From NCBI GenBank assembly GCA_963848295.1, contig CAWKDB010000011.1:400963-464962 (forward strand): a DNA stretch of 64,000 nt. The letters are read 5' to 3'. This document shows positions 12,514 through 21,091 of this stretch, one piece after another (within the stretch, counting starts at the first letter, position 1; each line of letters begins with the position of its first letter). The notes beneath the pieces were generated by a model. The model had not been told where the DNA came from and did not search any database. It saw only the letters and a program-made list of their open reading frames with translations. The position numbers were made by a program, and so were the translations under genes. Source of the stretch: an uncultured delta proteobacterium (lineage in GTDB: Bacteria > Myxococcota_A > Polyangia > Haliangiales > Haliangiaceae).

Positions 12514-13917
12514 GTGATGGAACGCGACGAGCCGGCTGGCACGACGTTGGCAGTCGAACCTGGGGTGCGCGAGAATTTCCGACCGTTTGCCGACGCGCTG
12601 TGGCGCAAGCAACGCGATCGGTATTTCCTCGACGAGTCCAAGCCGACGATGAAAGCGACGTTGGTCGCCGGCCTCGCGGTCGAGCTCGCGGTCATCGGCG
12701 TGCTCGTCCACGCGGGCTATCCGACCTGGCGGATCCTCGCGCTCGCGTCGATCTATGTCGCGTTCGCGGTCGGCCATCGCGTGGTCATGCGATTCACGCG
12801 CAACGCCCGCCCGCTGTGCGCGTCGCCGAACGTCGAGCACGCGTTCATCGCGATGAACGTGCTCGCGCAGGTGTTCGTCGTCGGATCCGCCGCGCTGACC
12901 GGCGGCGTGCACTCGCCGTTCGTCCCCGGCACGGTGCTGCCTGCCATCGTCTCGTTGTTGTTCTTCGGCCCGCAAGCGGTGTCGCGCTGGATGGCGCTCG
13001 GCAACGCGCTGCTGATCGTCGCGATGGTCGCGTTGCCGAGCGACATCACCGGGCCCGCGCTGCCGGGCGCCGAGTACGCGGTCGCGATCTTGATCGGCCT
13101 GTGCTGGCACTTGCTGATGCTCCACATGATGGTCGGCAAGCTGTCGAAGATCGCGAGCCGGACCGGCGAGTCTATGGTGTCGCTGCGCGAGGAGCGGTTC
13201 AGCGATGCGTGTGCGCGCCTGCATCGGTTGCAGTCGGTCGGCGCGAAGGTCGCGCACGAGCTCAAGAACCCGCTCGCCTCGATCAAGGGGCTGTGCCAGC
13301 TCGTCTCGCGCGCCCCCGAGGGCGAGCGCACGCAAGAGCGGCTCGCGGTGGTCGCGTCGGAGATCACGCGGATGGAGACGATCCTGAGCGAGTACCTGTC
13401 GTTCTCGCGGCCGCTCGAAGACTTGTCGCCCGAAGCGATCGATCTCGCGGCGCTCGCGCGCGAGGTCGTCGATGTGATGTCGGGGCGCGCCGAGCAAGCG
13501 GGCGTCCAGCTCGTCGTCGATGGCGAAGCGATGCCGGGCCACGGCGATCCGCGCCGGCTGAAAGAGGCCCTGATCAACCTGGTCGCGAATGCGATCGAGG
13601 CGACGCCGAACGGCGGTACGGTCACGCTCACCTTGCGGCGCGGGATCAGCGCGGTCACCGTCGAAGTGGCGGACACCGGCCGCGGCATCGCGACCGACGA
13701 TCTCGAACGTCTCGGGACGCCGTTCTTCACGACCCGGAGCACCGGCACCGGCCTCGGCGTCACGCTCGCTCTCGGCGTCATCGCCCAACACGGCGGCGAG
13801 CTCAAGTACACCAGCACGGTCGGACGAGGCACGAGCGCTACGATCACGCTGCCGCTCAAGTCGGAGACCAGCCCAGAGCCCTCGACACGCGCAGCGATGG
13901 TCGAGGCGCGCGCGTGA
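12514..13917 (+). CDS. Membrane sensor histidine kinase, module 1 (start possibly 12649)
   Basis: Several TM segments, H-box VAHELKNPLASIKG, and N/G boxes LINLVANAIEAT and DTGRGI..GTGLGV. Confidence 0.8.
   Translation: MMERDEPAGTTLAVEPGVRENFRPFADALWRKQRDRYFLDESKPTMKATLVAGLAVELAVIGVLVHAGYPTWRILALASIYVAFAVGHRVVMRFTRNARPLCASPNVEHAFIAMNVLAQVFVVGSAALTGGVHSPFVPGTVLPAIVSLLFFGPQAVSRWMALGNALLIVAMVALPSDITGPALPGAEYAVAILIGLCWHLLMLHMMVGKLSKIASRTGESMVSLREERFSDACARLHRLQSVGAKVAHELKNPLASIKGLCQLVSRAPEGERTQERLAVVASEITRMETILSEYLSFSRPLEDLSPEAIDLAALAREVVDVMSGRAEQAGVQLVVDGEAMPGHGDPRRLKEALINLVANAIEATPNGGTVTLTLRRGISAVTVEVADTGRGIATDDLERLGTPFFTTRSTGTGLGVTLALGVIAQHGGELKYTSTVGRGTSATITLPLKSETSPEPSTRAAMVEARA
12537..12552 (+). 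promoter_or_regulatory. Sigma-54 type -24/-12 element TGGCACGACGTTGGCA facing the module 1 kinase/activator operon
   Basis: GG/GC spacing matches the consensus. It lies inside the annotated 5' end of ORF 12514, which argues that the kinase really starts at ATG 12649 (MKATLVAGLAVEL..). Confidence 0.45.
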
Positions 13918-15296
13918 TCCTGCTCGTCGACGACGAGCCCGGCGTTCTGTTCACGCTGTCCGAAGTCCTCACCGAGCGCGGCCACAAGGTCGTCTCGGCA
14001 CGGTCGGGTGCCGAGGCGCTCACCAAGTTCGACGACGCGGACGCCGTGCTCACCGATCTATCGATGCCAGGCATGGATGGTCTCGAGCTGATGGGCCAGC
14101 TCGTCGCGCGCGATCCGACGCTGCCGGTCATCTTGCTCACCGCGCACGGCTCCGAGCGCGTCGCGGTCGCCGCGATCAAGCAGGGCGCGTACGACTACCT
14201 GATCAAGCCGTTCGACATCGACGAGGTCGCGCTCGTGATCGAACGCGCGCTCGAGACCCGACGGCTGCGCGTCGACAACCGCCGGCTCGCCGCCGAGCAG
14301 ACGCTCGGGCGCCGGATCATCGGCGCGAGTCGGCCGATGCGGCGGTTGCTCGAGGCGACGAGCCGAGTCGCGTCGCGCGATGTCACCGTGCTCGTGCGCG
14401 GCGAGACCGGCACGGGCAAAGAGTTCGTCGCCGAGCTCCTCCACGCGCAATCCGCGCGCGCGGGCAAGCCGCTCGTTCGGTTCAACTGCGCCGCCCTCCC
14501 CGCCGAGCTCGCGGACGCCGAGCTCTTCGGCCACGTCCGCGGCGCGTTCACCGGCGCGGCGAACAGCCGGCCCGGTTATTTCGCACAAGCGAACAGTGGC
14601 ACGCTGATCCTCGACGAGGTCGGCGAGCTCCCGCTGTCGGTGCAAGCCAAGCTGTTGCGCGCGCTGCAAGAAGGCGAGATCCAGCCGGTCGGCTCGGGTC
14701 GGATCGAGAAGGTCGACGTCCGCGTCGTCGCGTCGACGAACCGCGACCTCGCGAGCGAGGCCAAGACCGGTGTGTTCCGCGAAGACCTGTACTACCGGCT
14801 CGCGGTCGTCGAGCTCGTCGTGCCGCCGCTGCGCGATCGCAAGGACGACATCCCGGCGCTCGCCGAAGAGTTCGCGCGGCGCTACGGCGAGCGCTTCGGC
14901 CTGGGCTCGATCGCGCTCGATCCCGCGTTGATCGAGGCGCTCGGCCGCGACGACTGGCCCGGCAACGTGCGCCAGCTCGAGAACACGATCGCGCGGCTCG
15001 CGGCGCTTTCGAGCGGCGGCATGATCGGGCTGGCCGATCTCGAGCAAGCGACCGGCGATCACGTGTCGGCGCACCCCGACCCCGCGGCCGCCGATTCGAC
15101 CGACCCTCCGCCCGACGCGCGCAACGGCCCATCGCTCAAAGAGCAAGTCGAAGCGTTCGAGCGCGGCCTCGTCGCGCGCTCGCTCGACGCGACCGGCGGC
15201 AATCAATCCGAGGCCGCGCGCCGGCTCGGCGTCTCGCGGGTCACGCTGATCGACAAGATGAAGAAGTACGGGCTGTCCAGCAAGACCTCGCGCTAG
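13914..15296 (+). CDS. NtrC-family sigma-54-dependent response regulator, module 1
   Basis: GTG 13914 overlaps the kinase TGA (GTGA). Receiver ILLVDDEP..TDLSMPGMDG, Walker A GETGTGKE, GAFTGA motif HVRGAFTGA and a Fis-type HTH GNQSEAARRLGVSRVTL. Confidence 0.9.
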   Translation: MILLVDDEPGVLFTLSEVLTERGHKVVSARSGAEALTKFDDADAVLTDLSMPGMDGLELMGQLVARDPTLPVILLTAHGSERVAVAAIKQGAYDYLIKPFDIDEVALVIERALETRRLRVDNRRLAAEQTLGRRIIGASRPMRRLLEATSRVASRDVTVLVRGETGTGKEFVAELLHAQSARAGKPLVRFNCAALPAELADAELFGHVRGAFTGAANSRPGYFAQANSGTLILDEVGELPLSVQAKLLRALQEGEIQPVGSGRIEKVDVRVVASTNRDLASEAKTGVFREDLYYRLAVVELVVPPLRDRKDDIPALAEEFARRYGERFGLGSIALDPALIEALGRDDWPGNVRQLENTIARLAALSSGGMIGLADLEQATGDHVSAHPDPAAADSTDPPPDARNGPSLKEQVEAFERGLVARSLDATGGNQSEAARRLGVSRVTLIDKMKKYGLSSKTSR

Positions 15297-18200
15297 TCGA
15301 GGAAGTCGTCGGTTCTCGGCTTCGACTTCGGGGCGAGGCGGAGGAACATCACCGGCACGAGGAACAGCGAGAGCAGCGTCGACGACGTCAGACCGCCGAC
15401 GACGGCGAGCGCGAGCGGGCGATTGGCCTCGGCGCCGCGGTCGAGCCCGATCGCAGTCGGGATCAAGCCGATCACGGTCGCGAGCGTCGTCATCGCGATC
15501 GGCACGAACCGCGTCCGCGCGGCGTCGAGGATCGCGGACAGCTTGTCGGCGCCTTCATCGAGCCGGATCCGCGCGTGATCGATCAACAGAATCCCGTTCG
15601 ACACCGCGATGCCGACCACCATCAGCACGCCCATCAGCGCGGTGATCGAGAACCCCAGACCTCCGGCGAGTAAAGCGAGCACGATGCCGATGAGGGTGCA
15701 CGGGATCGTGAAGAGCATGATCAACGGCATCCGCACGCTCTTGAACTGCGACGCCATGATCATGAACACGACCATGATCGCGAGCCCGATCCCGAGGCCG
15801 AGGCCGGCGAACGTCGTCCGCATCAGGTCGACCTGGCCGACGAAGTCGACCTTGATGCCGGCGGTGCGCGGATCGTGCGCGAGCCTGTCCTCGAGATCGG
15901 CCGCCGTGGTGCCGAGATCACGCCCTTCGGTCTGCATCAACACGTGAGCTGCACGTCGCAGCTGGTTGCGCTCGATCGCGATCGGCCCGGTGGCGCGCCG
16001 GATGTTTCCGTAGGCGCCGAGCGTGACCGGGTCGCGACGCCCGTCGAACCGCAGCGGGATCGTGCGCAGGGCGGCGGTGTCGTCGATCCGCTTGCTGTCG
16101 TACTCGGTGACGAGGTAGTAGGCGTTGCCGTTGCCACCATCGACCCAGACCGCCGGCAGGTTGATGTTGCCAACCGTCGCGTCGAGCGTGGCCTGCGCGG
16201 CGGCGCGCGCGCTGACCCCGACGGTGCCCGCCTCCTCGCGATCGGTGTCCACGTGGACTTCGGGGTAGTCACTCTCGAACGTCTGCCACACGTCGCGCAC
16301 GCCGGGGACCGTGCGCGCGACCTCGGCGACTGCACGGCTCTCGGCCTCGAGCTCCTCGAGGCTATCGGCGCGAACCTCGACCGCGAGTGGCGCGTTGTAG
16401 CCATTCGAGAACACGCTCGCGACGAGGCCGCCCGGCCACTGCAGAAATTCGACGCCGGGATATTCGCGCGTCAGGATCGCGCGCGCCTTGTCAGAGAGCT
16501 CGTGCTGCGACTGCGCGCGCTCGTCGGGATCGACGAGCCCGAGCCGGATGAAGCCCATGTGCGGGCCCCAGTTCGGGCTGTTCATCGCGCTACGCGCCGC
16601 CTTCGGCGAGCCGACGTTCGTCAGGACGAGGTCGATGCCTGGCAGCTCCTTGCGCAAGTGCTCGGCCATCTCCTGCATCATGCGCGACGACTCCTGGATC
16701 GACGTACCCGGCGCGAGCCGCACGTAGATCCGCTCCATCGACTCGTCGATCTCGGGGAAGAACGTGCTCGGCAGTCGTCCCGCGACCCAGCCGCTCGCGC
16801 CGACGAGGATGACCGAGCCGAGGATGACGACCCAGCCGAAGTCGAGTACCCGCGCGAGCGTACGGGTGTAGCCCTCGGCGAGCCACGCGATGCCGCGCTC
16901 GATCCGGCGCGCGATGCGGCCGGGCTCGGCATGACCGAGCAAGTAGCGACACGCGACCGGCGTCACCGCGATGCTGACGAAGTACGACGCGGCCATCGCG
17001 ACCGCGACCGTGATCGCGAGCGGCACGAACAGCCTCTTCGCGAGGCCGGCGAACAGCAGGACCGGCAACAGCACGGCCATCGTCGTCAGCGTCGATGCGA
17101 GCACCGGCAACATGACCGCGCGCGTACCCTCGAGCGCGGCCTTCGCCGCGGACAGACCGCGCTTGCGGTGGCGGTGGATCGATTCGAGCACGACGACGGC
17201 GTCGTCGACGAGTCGGCCCATGACGAGCGTGAGCCCGCCCAGGGTGAACGCGTTGAGCGTCTGGCCGGTCGCGTTCAGCACGATCAGCGTGATCGCGAAC
17301 GACAGCGGAATCGCGAACGACACGACGATCGTTCCGCGGATCGATTGCAGGAACAACAGGATCACGATCGCGACCAGAATCAGCGCCTGGATGATCTCCT
17401 TCTTGAGCCCGGCGTAAGAGCTGCGCACGAACGTCGACTGATCGAAGATCGGCTTGACGACCATGCCCTGCGGCAGGTTCTGAAGACCGGCGATCGTGTC
17501 TTTTACGGCGTCGACGATCTGGATCGTATTGCCGCCCGGAATGCGCAGCACGTTGAGGTAGACGCCGTCGACGCCGTTGATCGAGACCGCCTGGGTCTGC
17601 GGCGACGCGCCATCCTCGACGCGCGCGACGTCGGACACCCGCACTGGCTTGCCGTTCGGCCGCTTGATGATCGCGTCGCCGATGTCGGAGATCCGCTCGG
17701 CGATCGCGTTGGTATAGAGGTTCGCGTCGAACATCCGCGTGATCAGCTCGCCCGACGGCAACAGCGGATTTGCATTCGCGACCGTCGCGGCGACATCGGA
17801 CGACGTGATGCCGCGGGCCTCGGCCTTGACCGGATCTACGACGACGTTGATCCGGCGCTGGCGACCGCCGTTGACCGACGCGCTCGCGACGCCCGAGATG
17901 CCCTCGAGCTTCGGCTCGATGTTGTTGAGCGCGTAGTCGTAGAGCTGGGCGCCGGTCATTCCGCCGCCATAGACCGCGACCTGGACGACCGGAGCGTTCG
18001 ACGGATCGTACTGCAGCACGAACGGCGGCAGCACGCCGAGGGACTTCGGCACGGCCGCCATCGAGAACGCGACTTGCTGCTGGACCAGCGACTGCGCCGC
18101 GTCGAGGTTCGTGCCCCACTTGAGCCACACGAACACGACCGAGAGGTTGTTGCGCGAGACGCTCTCGACATGGTCGACGCCCGGCGTCGCGCTGACGTAC

Positions 18201-18400
18201 TTCTCGATGCGCCACGTCAGCGTCTTCTCGACGTCCTTCGGCCCGAGGCCCGGCGCGAGCGTGCCGATCACGAGCACGGGAGGCGTCAGCTCGGGGAACG
18301 TGTCGACGCTCATCCTCGGCGTCACGACCGCTGCGAATACCACGATGCCGATGCACGCCATCGCGACGGCGATGGGGTTGCGGAGGGACAGCTCGGTCAT
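15293..18400 (-). CDS. RND-family efflux permease, module 2
   Basis: Start trimmed to ATG 18400 (MTELSLRNPIAVAMACIGIVV), which overlaps the MFP stop (ATGA). 12-TM RND layout. Confidence 0.9.
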   Translation of the reverse strand: MTELSLRNPIAVAMACIGIVVFAAVVTPRMSVDTFPELTPPVLVIGTLAPGLGPKDVEKTLTWRIEKYVSATPGVDHVESVSRNNLSVVFVWLKWGTNLDAAQSLVQQQVAFSMAAVPKSLGVLPPFVLQYDPSNAPVVQVAVYGGGMTGAQLYDYALNNIEPKLEGISGVASASVNGGRQRRINVVVDPVKAEARGITSSDVAATVANANPLLPSGELITRMFDANLYTNAIAERISDIGDAIIKRPNGKPVRVSDVARVEDGASPQTQAVSINGVDGVYLNVLRIPGGNTIQIVDAVKDTIAGLQNLPQGMVVKPIFDQSTFVRSSYAGLKKEIIQALILVAIVILLFLQSIRGTIVVSFAIPLSFAITLIVLNATGQTLNAFTLGGLTLVMGRLVDDAVVVLESIHRHRKRGLSAAKAALEGTRAVMLPVLASTLTTMAVLLPVLLFAGLAKRLFVPLAITVAVAMAASYFVSIAVTPVACRYLLGHAEPGRIARRIERGIAWLAEGYTRTLARVLDFGWVVILGSVILVGASGWVAGRLPSTFFPEIDESMERIYVRLAPGTSIQESSRMMQEMAEHLRKELPGIDLVLTNVGSPKAARSAMNSPNWGPHMGFIRLGLVDPDERAQSQHELSDKARAILTREYPGVEFLQWPGGLVASVFSNGYNAPLAVEVRADSLEELEAESRAVAEVARTVPGVRDVWQTFESDYPEVHVDTDREEAGTVGVSARAAAQATLDATVGNINLPAVWVDGGNGNAYYLVTEYDSKRIDDTAALRTIPLRFDGRRDPVTLGAYGNIRRATGPIAIERNQLRRAAHVLMQTEGRDLGTTAADLEDRLAHDPRTAGIKVDFVGQVDLMRTTFAGLGLGIGLAIMVVFMIMASQFKSVRMPLIMLFTIPCTLIGIVLALLAGGLGFSITALMGVLMVVGIAVSNGILLIDHARIRLDEGADKLSAILDAARTRFVPIAMTTLATVIGLIPTAIGLDRGAEANRPLALAVVGGLTSSTLLSLFLVPVMFLRLAPKSKPRTDDFLD

Positions 18401-19569
18401 GGCTCGGTCTTGCCCTGCGACGGCGTCCACGGCACGGTCTTGCCGTCGACGCGATCGTTGTCGTTGAGCAGTCCGCGCCCCTCGGTGACCACCAGGCTCC
18501 CGGGAGGGAGCGTCGGGTCGACGTAGTACGTGCCCTTGCGCTCCCCGATCAGCTTCGCGCGCGTCGCGTGGGCGGCTCCGTTCGCGACGACGAACACGGT
18601 GGTCTTCGAGCCGTGCACCGCGGCGGAGATCAACGGGATCGCGGTCGCCGGGACCGGCGCGCCGACATCGAGCGACAGCTCCGCGGTGGTCCACACCGGG
18701 ACCGTGCGAGCCGGATCGTCGAGGTCGAGCTCGATGTGCACCGTGCGCGTATCCGGGTCGGCCGCCGGCGAGCGGCGCGAGATCTTCGCGGTGAGGTCGC
18801 GGTTAGTCGCCAGCAGATGGACGCGAACCTCGTTCCCCGGGGCGACGTTATCGAAGTCATCCTCGGGCACGTCGGCCGTGATCCGCACCATGCGGCGATC
18901 GATCACGGTCGCGATCCAGGAGCCGGGCCGCACGAACGCGCCGGGATCGCTGTGGCGCTCGGCGATCTCGCCATCGAACGGCGAGCGGAGGACGCAGTCG
19001 TCGACCTGCAATGTCGAGTTGATCATCTGCGCCTGCAGGGCGGCGAGCTGCGCGTCCTTGCTCGCGACGTCGGCGTTCTTGAGATCGACCTCGTTCTCCG
19101 ACACGTAGTTGCCATCGAGCAGGCTCGAGATCCTCGTCGCTTCCTTGGAGGCAGCCCCCCGCATCGCATCGAGCGCGCGCGCCTGGGCGGCGACCGCCCT
19201 GCTGGTCGCCGACGAGCTACGGCAGTCGAGCGTCGCGATGACCTCGCCGCGCTTGACCTGTGCGCCCGGGCGCACGAGCACGGTGTCGACGTACGCCGAC
19301 ACCATCTGCGGCCCGATCTTCGCTTGCACCCACGGCTCGACGGTGCCGACGTATCGCCGGCGCGGCTGGAACGGCTGAGCGATCGCCGCGACCATCGTGA
19401 CTCCCTTGGGCGCCTGGGCGAGCGAGACCTTGTTCCTGCCGGCGGCAGCTCGCATGTACAACAGCGCGCCCACCCCGAGCACGCCGAGCACGCCGAGCAT
19501 GATCATCGTCGGCATGGCGAAGCGGCCGCGAGGAGCGACCGGCGAGATCGGATCGATGGGTTCGGTCAT
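18397..19569 (-). CDS. RND efflux periplasmic adaptor (MFP/HlyD family), module 2
   Basis: N-terminal TM anchor, coiled-coil and barrel segments. ATGA overlaps at both ends. Confidence 0.85.
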   Translation of the reverse strand: MTEPIDPISPVAPRGRFAMPTMIMLGVLGVLGVGALLYMRAAAGRNKVSLAQAPKGVTMVAAIAQPFQPRRRYVGTVEPWVQAKIGPQMVSAYVDTVLVRPGAQVKRGEVIATLDCRSSSATSRAVAAQARALDAMRGAASKEATRISSLLDGNYVSENEVDLKNADVASKDAQLAALQAQMINSTLQVDDCVLRSPFDGEIAERHSDPGAFVRPGSWIATVIDRRMVRITADVPEDDFDNVAPGNEVRVHLLATNRDLTAKISRRSPAADPDTRTVHIELDLDDPARTVPVWTTAELSLDVGAPVPATAIPLISAAVHGSKTTVFVVANGAAHATRAKLIGERKGTYYVDPTLPPGSLVVTEGRGLLNDNDRVDGKTVPWTPSQGKTEP

Positions 19570-20936
19570 GGTGCGGCCTCCGCGAGTACGCGCGCGAGCA
19601 GCGCCCGCGCGCTAGACAGCTGGAACTGACCGATCGCGAGCTGGATCTGCGCGTCGGTGAGCAGCGCCTCGGCGTCCGAGACCTCGATCGCCGTGCCGAG
19701 ACCTCCGTTGAAGCGCGCTTCGGCCTGGGCGTGGTTCGCCTGCGCCGCATCGAGCGAGCGTCGCAGGGCTGGCAGGGCCGCGCGCGCGACGTCGAGCCCG
19801 ACCGTGCTGCGCTCTGCGAGCGTGCGAAGCTGTTCGCGGACCTCGTCGATCTCCGCGGAGCGCACCGATTCGACCCGCTGCGAGGCCTTCGCGCGCGCGC
19901 TGACCGTCCGGTCATAGAGCGGCCAGCTGACGACGACGAGCGCGTCCCAGTTCGGCACGTCGGGGATCAGGCCGCCGCCCGTCGGCGTCGGATTCGTCGT
20001 CACCGCCGCGCCGCCGGCGCGACCGGTCAGCTCGGCAGAAAAGCTGACGTCCGGCTTCAGCTCGTCGCGGATCGCTCGCGTGAACCCCTGCTGCGCGGCG
20101 AGCAGATCGCGCGCGGCGCCCAGCTCCGGCGCATCGCGGATCGCCGCCGCGGTGGCCGGAGGCACGCCAAACGCGACGTCGTCGGTACCGGCGTCGACAG
20201 CCGCCGCGCTCGAACCGACCGCCGCGGCGAGCACGGCTTGTGCGGTCGCGAGCGCGCCGGTCGCACGCACGCGATCGACATCGAAGCGCGCGACATCGGC
20301 TTCGGCGCGCGTGAGCTCGATCTGCGGCCACAGCTGCGCACCGACCTTGGCCTGCGCGAGATCGCGATGTGCGCCCGCTCGCGTCACCGCGGCCTGCGAA
20401 GCGGCGAGCACTTGCTTCGCTCCGAGCACGGCATAGAAGCTGCGCTCGACGAGCAAGTCGAGATCGAGCTGCGCGACCCTCGCGTCCTGCTCGGCCGATC
20501 GGGCGAAAGCATCGAGCGCATCGGCCTGGGCCTCCAGGCGGCCGAAATCGTAGAGTTGTTTCTCCACCACCACCCCCGCGAGCGTCGAGGGCTCCGGCTT
20601 CCACGTCACGGAGGCGTTGGCCGGGGTCCCGCCGACGCGCGCGACGTCGAGGGCCCCGAGCGTGCCGTACGAGGCCGTCGTGTTATTGGCCGTGCCGATC
20701 AGCGCTTCCGCAGCCGCGGTCACGCGCGGAGAGAATCCCGCCCGCGGCACTTCGGTCGCAGCGCGTGCGACCTCGACCCGCGCGCGCGCGGCCGCGATCG
20801 AAGGCTGATGAATGCGCGCGTAGTCGAGGGCCTGGCGCAGCGACATCGCAGCGACCGCGGGCTGAGCGTCGGAAGATCTCGGAGCCAGGACGATCGCCGC
20901 AACAGCCATAGCGACACGCACGCAACGCTCGTACAT
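19566..20936 (-). CDS. TolC-like outer membrane efflux factor, module 2
   Basis: Start trimmed to ATG 20936, giving signal peptide MYERCVRVAMAVAAIVLAPRSSDAQP. OMF repeat pattern. Confidence 0.8.
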   Translation of the reverse strand: MYERCVRVAMAVAAIVLAPRSSDAQPAVAAMSLRQALDYARIHQPSIAAARARVEVARAATEVPRAGFSPRVTAAAEALIGTANNTTASYGTLGALDVARVGGTPANASVTWKPEPSTLAGVVVEKQLYDFGRLEAQADALDAFARSAEQDARVAQLDLDLLVERSFYAVLGAKQVLAASQAAVTRAGAHRDLAQAKVGAQLWPQIELTRAEADVARFDVDRVRATGALATAQAVLAAAVGSSAAAVDAGTDDVAFGVPPATAAAIRDAPELGAARDLLAAQQGFTRAIRDELKPDVSFSAELTGRAGGAAVTTNPTPTGGGLIPDVPNWDALVVVSWPLYDRTVSARAKASQRVESVRSAEIDEVREQLRTLAERSTVGLDVARAALPALRRSLDAAQANHAQAEARFNGGLGTAIEVSDAEALLTDAQIQLAIGQFQLSSARALLARVLAEAAP

Positions 20937-20956
20937 AGGAGGACCGTAGTTGCAAC

Positions 20957-20972
20957 AGCATCCCTCGTGCCA
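20957..20972 (-). promoter_or_regulatory. Sigma-54 type -24/-12 element TGGCACGAGGGATGCT facing the module 2 efflux operon
   Basis: Same TGGCACG-N4-NTGCT layout as the module 1 element. The predicted TSS is about 10 nt before ATG 20936. Confidence 0.5.
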
Positions 20973-21014
20973 TCCCCTCGTGCTACTCCAAGTCCAGAAT
21001 TCAACATGGCGCCC

Positions 21015-21059
21015 GAGAATCGGAACCGGGATAAATTCCGGATCGACGCGGAGATTCTC
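21015..21059. promoter_or_regulatory. Inverted repeat GAGAATC-N31-GATTCTC enclosing an AT-rich core, candidate enhancer for module 2
   Basis: Read directly. Its centre (~21037) coincides with the midpoint between the two divergent -24 elements (~21039). Confidence 0.3.
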
Positions 21060-21091
21060 CGGAAGGGGACGGTGCGTCTCTACGTGTCTTC

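Noticed and set aside
13105-13125. Other TGGCAC hits resemble sigma-54 promoters: TGGCACTTGCTGATGC near 13110 and TGGCACTACATCTTGCC near 24640.
   Set aside because: The GG-to-GC spacing is off by one, and both lie deep inside coding regions.
12265-13791. Long alternative-frame or antisense ORFs occur over real genes. Examples are 12265-13791, 12753-13985, 16590-18356, 15875-18526, 31298-32542, 38480-39769, 48419-49789 and 60316-61428.
   Set aside because: They are Arg/Ala/Pro-rich with no motifs, and each overlaps a gene with clear family signatures. At ~70% GC, stop codons are rare in every frame.
15293-18694. N-terminal extensions appear in the supplied ORFs 15293-18694, 19566-21143, 58027-60066, 59442-62525, 54749-58273, 31327-33168, 34549-35970, 34810-37380, 4176-5978, 12402-15296, 22165-23805 and 49330-51519.
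   Set aside because: The extensions overlap neighbouring genes and lack protein-like sequence. Internal starts give proper signal peptides, lipoboxes or family N-termini, and often ATGA/GTGA coupling to the upstream stop.
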